A program made the translations under genes and the position numbers. This document shows, piece by piece, positions 60,748 to 64,000 of a stretch of 64,000 nt of DNA. Every line of letters begins with the position of its first letter. The stretch's first letter is position 1. Source of the DNA: Alphaproteobacteria bacterium (GTDB lineage Bacteria; Pseudomonadota; Alphaproteobacteria; SHVP01); NCBI GenBank assembly GCA_038148335.1, contig JAYQVF010000001.1, positions 6,476 to 70,475 on the forward strand. The letters are read 5' to 3'. Below the pieces are notes generated by a model, which did not search any database, was not told the origin of the DNA, and saw only the letters and a program-made list of their open reading frames with translations.

Positions 60748-62580
60748 ATGCGCAAACTGATTGCAGCCGTCCTGCTGGTTGGCTCGATGACGGCAGGTCA
60801 CCCGGCCCTCGGCCAGCAGATCACCCAATCGCATGGCCAGACACTGTTCGGTCAACTGAAGTATCCCGAAGGGTTTGCCCACTTCGACTACGTCAATCCC
60901 GATGCGCCCAAGGGCGGGACTCTGGTCCTTTCGGCGATTGGAACGTTCGATTCGTTCAACCCCTATATCATCAAGGGCAACGCGGCGGCCGGCATCAGCT
61001 TTCTTTATGAGACCCTGATGTCCGGCTCGCTCGACGAGATCGATACCAGCGCCGAGTATGGCCTCCTCGCCGAAAGCGTCGAAACCCCCGATGATCTGTC
61101 ATGGGTCATCTACAATCTTCGGCCCGAGGCGCGTTGGCATGACGGCAAGCCGGTGACAGCCGACGACGTCGTCTTCAGCTTCGAAACGTTGACCACGAAA
61201 GCGCACCCGTTCTATCGCGCCTACTACCAGAACGTGACCAAGGCGGAGAAGCTCGATACTCACCGGGTCCGGTTTTCGTTCAATACGACGAACAACCGCG
61301 AACTGCCGCATATCATGGGGCAGATCCCGGTCTTGCCGAAACATTTCTTTGAGACCGCTCCGTTTGAGGAATCGAGCCTTGTGCCGCCCATTGGCAGCGG
61401 ACCCTATCGAATCAAGCAATTCGAGGCCGGTCGCACGATCACCTTCGAGCGGGTCGAGGACTACTGGGGCAAAGACCTTGCAGTAAACATCGGTCACAAC
61501 AACTTCGACGAGATTCGCTACGACTATTACCGTGACACAACGGTGTCGCTCGAGGCGTTCAAGGCGCACGAATACGACTATCGCGCAGAGAGCTCTGCCA
61601 AGAACTGGGCGACTGCGTACGACGCACCGGCGGTGACGGAAGGCCTGATCATCAAGGAGGAGCGCCCGGACCGAAGCTCGCAGGGCATGCAGGCCTTCGT
61701 GTTCAACGTTCGCCGGCCGATCTTCAGCGATGTACGCGTCCGACAAGCCATCAACCTGGCCTTCGACTTCGAGTGGGCCAACCGAAACCTGTTCTATGGC
61801 CAGTACACCCGAACGACGAGTTATTTCCAGGGGACCGGCATGGAAGCGCGCGGTCTGCCCGACGGCCTCGAGCTCACCTACCTCGAGCCGCACCGCGCTG
61901 CGCTGCCGAAAGAGCTCTTTACAGAAGAGTTCGTGGTGCCCTCGACGGACGGCGCCGGCGAAAACCGCAACAACCTGCGCCAGGCAACACGCATCCTGCG
62001 GGATGCCGGGTGGCGGATCGAGGGCGGCGCCCTGACAAAAGACGGGTTGAAACTGGAGTTCGAGGTGCTGTTGGTTCAGCCGGATTTCGAGCGCATCGTC
62101 CAGCCGTTCCGGGCCAACCTGGAGAAGCTGGGAATTGCCGTCCGGATCAGAACGATCGACACCTCCCAGTACATCAATCGCCTGCGCGACTTCGACTTCG
62201 ACATGGTGGTCGGCAGCTTCGGGCAGTCGTTCTCACCGGGCAACGAGCAGCGCGATTTCTGGGGCTCCGACCGTGCGGAAGAAAAAGGATCGCGCAACAT
62301 CATCGGCGTGAGCAACCCGGTGATCGACGATCTGATCGACAAAATCATTGAGGCGCCGGATAGAGAACACCTGGTCGCCGCGACCCGCGCGCTCGACCGG
62401 GTCTTGCTGTGGAACTATTACGTCGTGCCGCAATGGCACGTGGCCACCTACCGAATCGCCTACTGGGACAAGTTCGGACAACCGAAAACGAGACCGAAGT
62501 TCGGCATCCCGATCCTGACCTGGTGGGTCGACGCCGAGAAAGAGCGGCGTCTCGCGGAGCAGGGCACAGAGAGGCAATAA
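60748..62580 (+). CDS. ABC transporter substrate-binding protein, family 5 (peptide/YejA-like)
   Basis: ATG at 60748 with signal peptide (MRKLIAAVLLVGSMTAGHPALG); 610 aa, SBP_bac_5-like organisation. Confidence 0.85.
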   Translation: MRKLIAAVLLVGSMTAGHPALGQQITQSHGQTLFGQLKYPEGFAHFDYVNPDAPKGGTLVLSAIGTFDSFNPYIIKGNAAAGISFLYETLMSGSLDEIDTSAEYGLLAESVETPDDLSWVIYNLRPEARWHDGKPVTADDVVFSFETLTTKAHPFYRAYYQNVTKAEKLDTHRVRFSFNTTNNRELPHIMGQIPVLPKHFFETAPFEESSLVPPIGSGPYRIKQFEAGRTITFERVEDYWGKDLAVNIGHNNFDEIRYDYYRDTTVSLEAFKAHEYDYRAESSAKNWATAYDAPAVTEGLIIKEERPDRSSQGMQAFVFNVRRPIFSDVRVRQAINLAFDFEWANRNLFYGQYTRTTSYFQGTGMEARGLPDGLELTYLEPHRAALPKELFTEEFVVPSTDGAGENRNNLRQATRILRDAGWRIEGGALTKDGLKLEFEVLLVQPDFERIVQPFRANLEKLGIAVRIRTIDTSQYINRLRDFDFDMVVGSFGQSFSPGNEQRDFWGSDRAEEKGSRNIIGVSNPVIDDLIDKIIEAPDREHLVAATRALDRVLLWNYYVVPQWHVATYRIAYWDKFGQPKTRPKFGIPILTWWVDAEKERRLAEQGTERQ

Positions 62581-62582
62581 CC

Positions 62583-64000
62583 ATGGTCCGCCCGAGATAC
62601 CTGCGCGTTTGTTGGCGCGCGACGGCCATCGCGCTTGGCGCCACGTTGATGGCGGGCGCCGCCGCGGCCGAACCGCGGCACGGCATCTCGACCTTCGGCG
62701 ATCTCAAGTACGGCCCCGGCTTTTCGCACTTCGACTACGTCAACCCCGATGCGCCGAAAGGCGGCACCCTGCGCCTGGCCGGCGGCGAGGGCACGTTCGA
62801 TACGGTCAACCCGTTCACGCTCAAGGGAATCCGGTTTCGCGGCGATTCTGCCTCCGTCGTCGCGCTGCCTTACGAATCCCTGATGACAGGGGGTGGCGAC
62901 GAACCGGACTCGCTGTACGGCCTGGTCGCCGAGTCGGCCGAACTGGCACCGGATCGCCGCTCCATCGCTTTCACGCTGCGTCCCGAGGCGCGCTGGCACG
63001 ATGGCACGCCGATCACCGTCGCCGATGTCCTCTTCAGCTTCGAAACGCTCAAGAACGATCCGGGCGCCTTCCCCGGTTACCGCATTACCTTGCGCGACGT
63101 CCTTGGAGCCGAGGCCGTGGGCGAGCGGCAGGTCCGTTACATGTTCGATCCCGATGCGGTGGCCCTGCGTGATCTACCGCTGGCGGTGGCCGGTCTGCCG
63201 ATCCTGTCCAGGGCCCACTTCGCGGGTCGAACCTTCGGCGACACCACTTTCGATCCGCCCCTGGGCAGCGGTCCCTACCGGATCGCCGAGGTCAATCCGG
63301 GACGCTCGATTACCGTTGAGCGGGTTCCCGACTATTGGGCAGCGAACCTGCCGGTCAACGTGGGCCGGTTCAACTTCGGCAGGATCGTGCTCGAGTTCTA
63401 CCGCGACCGCGACGTGCAGCACGAAGCCTTCAAAGCCGGCGCGTTCGACTTCCACGAGGAGTTCACCTCGCGCATCTGGGCCACCGGCTACGACTTCCCG
63501 GCGGTGCAGGCCGGGCGCGTGATCAAGGAGGCCCTGCCGAACCGGGGCCCCGCATCGCGCCAATACTTCGTGATCAACCTGCGGCGCGACAAGTTCAAGG
63601 ATCGTCGCGTGCGGCGCGCCATCAACCTGGCGTTCGATTTCGAATGGACGAACAAGAACCTGTTCTATGACGTCTACGCACGGTCCGAGAGCATCTATCA
63701 GAACACCGACATGGCGGCCCGGGCCCTGCCGACGGCGCCGGAGATCGAATTGCTTGCCCCGTTCCGGGACCGGCTCCCGCCGGAAGTCTTTACTGAGGTA
63801 TACGAGCAGCCACAGAGCGACGGCAGCGGCAACAATCGGCGCAATCTGAGACGCGCCCAGGATCTGTTTGCCGAAGCGGGCTGGACCGTACAGGGCGGCC
63901 GCCTTGTCAACGCCGTGGGCCAACAAATGAGCTTAGAAATCCTGACGTTTTCGCCGTCGTTCGAGCGGGTCTTCGCGCCGATCGTCCAGAACCTGAAGCG
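62583..64000 (+). CDS. ABC transporter substrate-binding protein, family 5 (paralogue of the preceding gene; 3' end outside window)
   Basis: Manual translation from the ATG at 62583 stays open to the window end. It has a signal peptide and is ~45-50% identical by eye to the upstream SBP (HGISTFGDLKYGPGFSHFDYVNPDAPKGGTL...). It is absent from the supplied ORF track because it has no stop in the window. Confidence 0.8.
   Translation, partial: MVRPRYLRVCWRATAIALGATLMAGAAAAEPRHGISTFGDLKYGPGFSHFDYVNPDAPKGGTLRLAGGEGTFDTVNPFTLKGIRFRGDSASVVALPYESLMTGGGDEPDSLYGLVAESAELAPDRRSIAFTLRPEARWHDGTPITVADVLFSFETLKNDPGAFPGYRITLRDVLGAEAVGERQVRYMFDPDAVALRDLPLAVAGLPILSRAHFAGRTFGDTTFDPPLGSGPYRIAEVNPGRSITVERVPDYWAANLPVNVGRFNFGRIVLEFYRDRDVQHEAFKAGAFDFHEEFTSRIWATGYDFPAVQAGRVIKEALPNRGPASRQYFVINLRRDKFKDRRVRRAINLAFDFEWTNKNLFYDVYARSESIYQNTDMAARALPTAPEIELLAPFRDRLPPEVFTEVYEQPQSDGSGNNRRNLRRAQDLFAEAGWTVQGGRLVNAVGQQMSLEILTFSPSFERVFAPIVQNLK

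Noticed and set aside
1-64000. CRISPR arrays, tandem repeats, IS elements, toxin-antitoxin pairs
   Set aside because: No direct-repeat/spacer periodicity, no transposase or integrase-like ORFs and no small adjacent ORF pairs with TA-like features were detected by eye.

Overview
High-GC (~65%) chromosomal segment whose gene order and content look alphaproteobacterial, possibly Rhodospirillales-like. It is almost entirely core metabolism and housekeeping, densely packed on both strands. Recognisable clusters are leuC(partial)-leuD-leuB-asd, pdxY, sdhCDAB, a methyltransferase with a regulatory domain plus zapE, HAD hydrolase-pyrD-SRAP, a class IV aminotransferase, class I lysyl-tRNA synthetase, a TerB-like protein, an alpha/beta hydrolase, tRNA-Gly(CCC), a radical-SAM/Cys-rich protein, a candidate SAM-II riboswitch with attenuator upstream of metZ, apaG, folE, trkH, argE, hslO, argF, argD, a TPR/OGT-like glycosyltransferase, a ferredoxin-like protein plus aldehyde dehydrogenase, tRNA-Arg(ACG), a lipoprotein, a DmpA-like peptidase, ggt, tam, a sensor histidine kinase, a pyridine-nucleotide-disulfide oxidoreductase, a DedA/TVP38 protein, rpmH-rnpA-yidD-yidC-yihA-argB, a DUF2336-like protein, a PAS-GAF-GGDEF gene split by one in-frame TAG, dapD-dapE, truA-fmt-def, rmuC, a PP-loop (Dph6-like) ATPase, recR-ybaB-dnaX-ffs(SRP RNA), nudC, pheA, kdsB, a membrane cytochrome c, an IMPase-family protein and two tandem family-5 ABC substrate-binding proteins (the second truncated by the window end and missing from the ORF track). 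I found no transposase, integrase, CRISPR array or recognisable defence genes. The items most worth a second look are the nonsense-interrupted GGDEF sensor and the riboswitch-like leader of metZ. Several conserved-but-uncharacterised gene pairs are also flagged: MTase-reg/ZapE, rSAM/Cys-rich, ferredoxin-like/ALDH, DedA-oxidoreductase-HK-Tam, DUF2336. All identifications rest on motif recognition by eye; no database searches were run.
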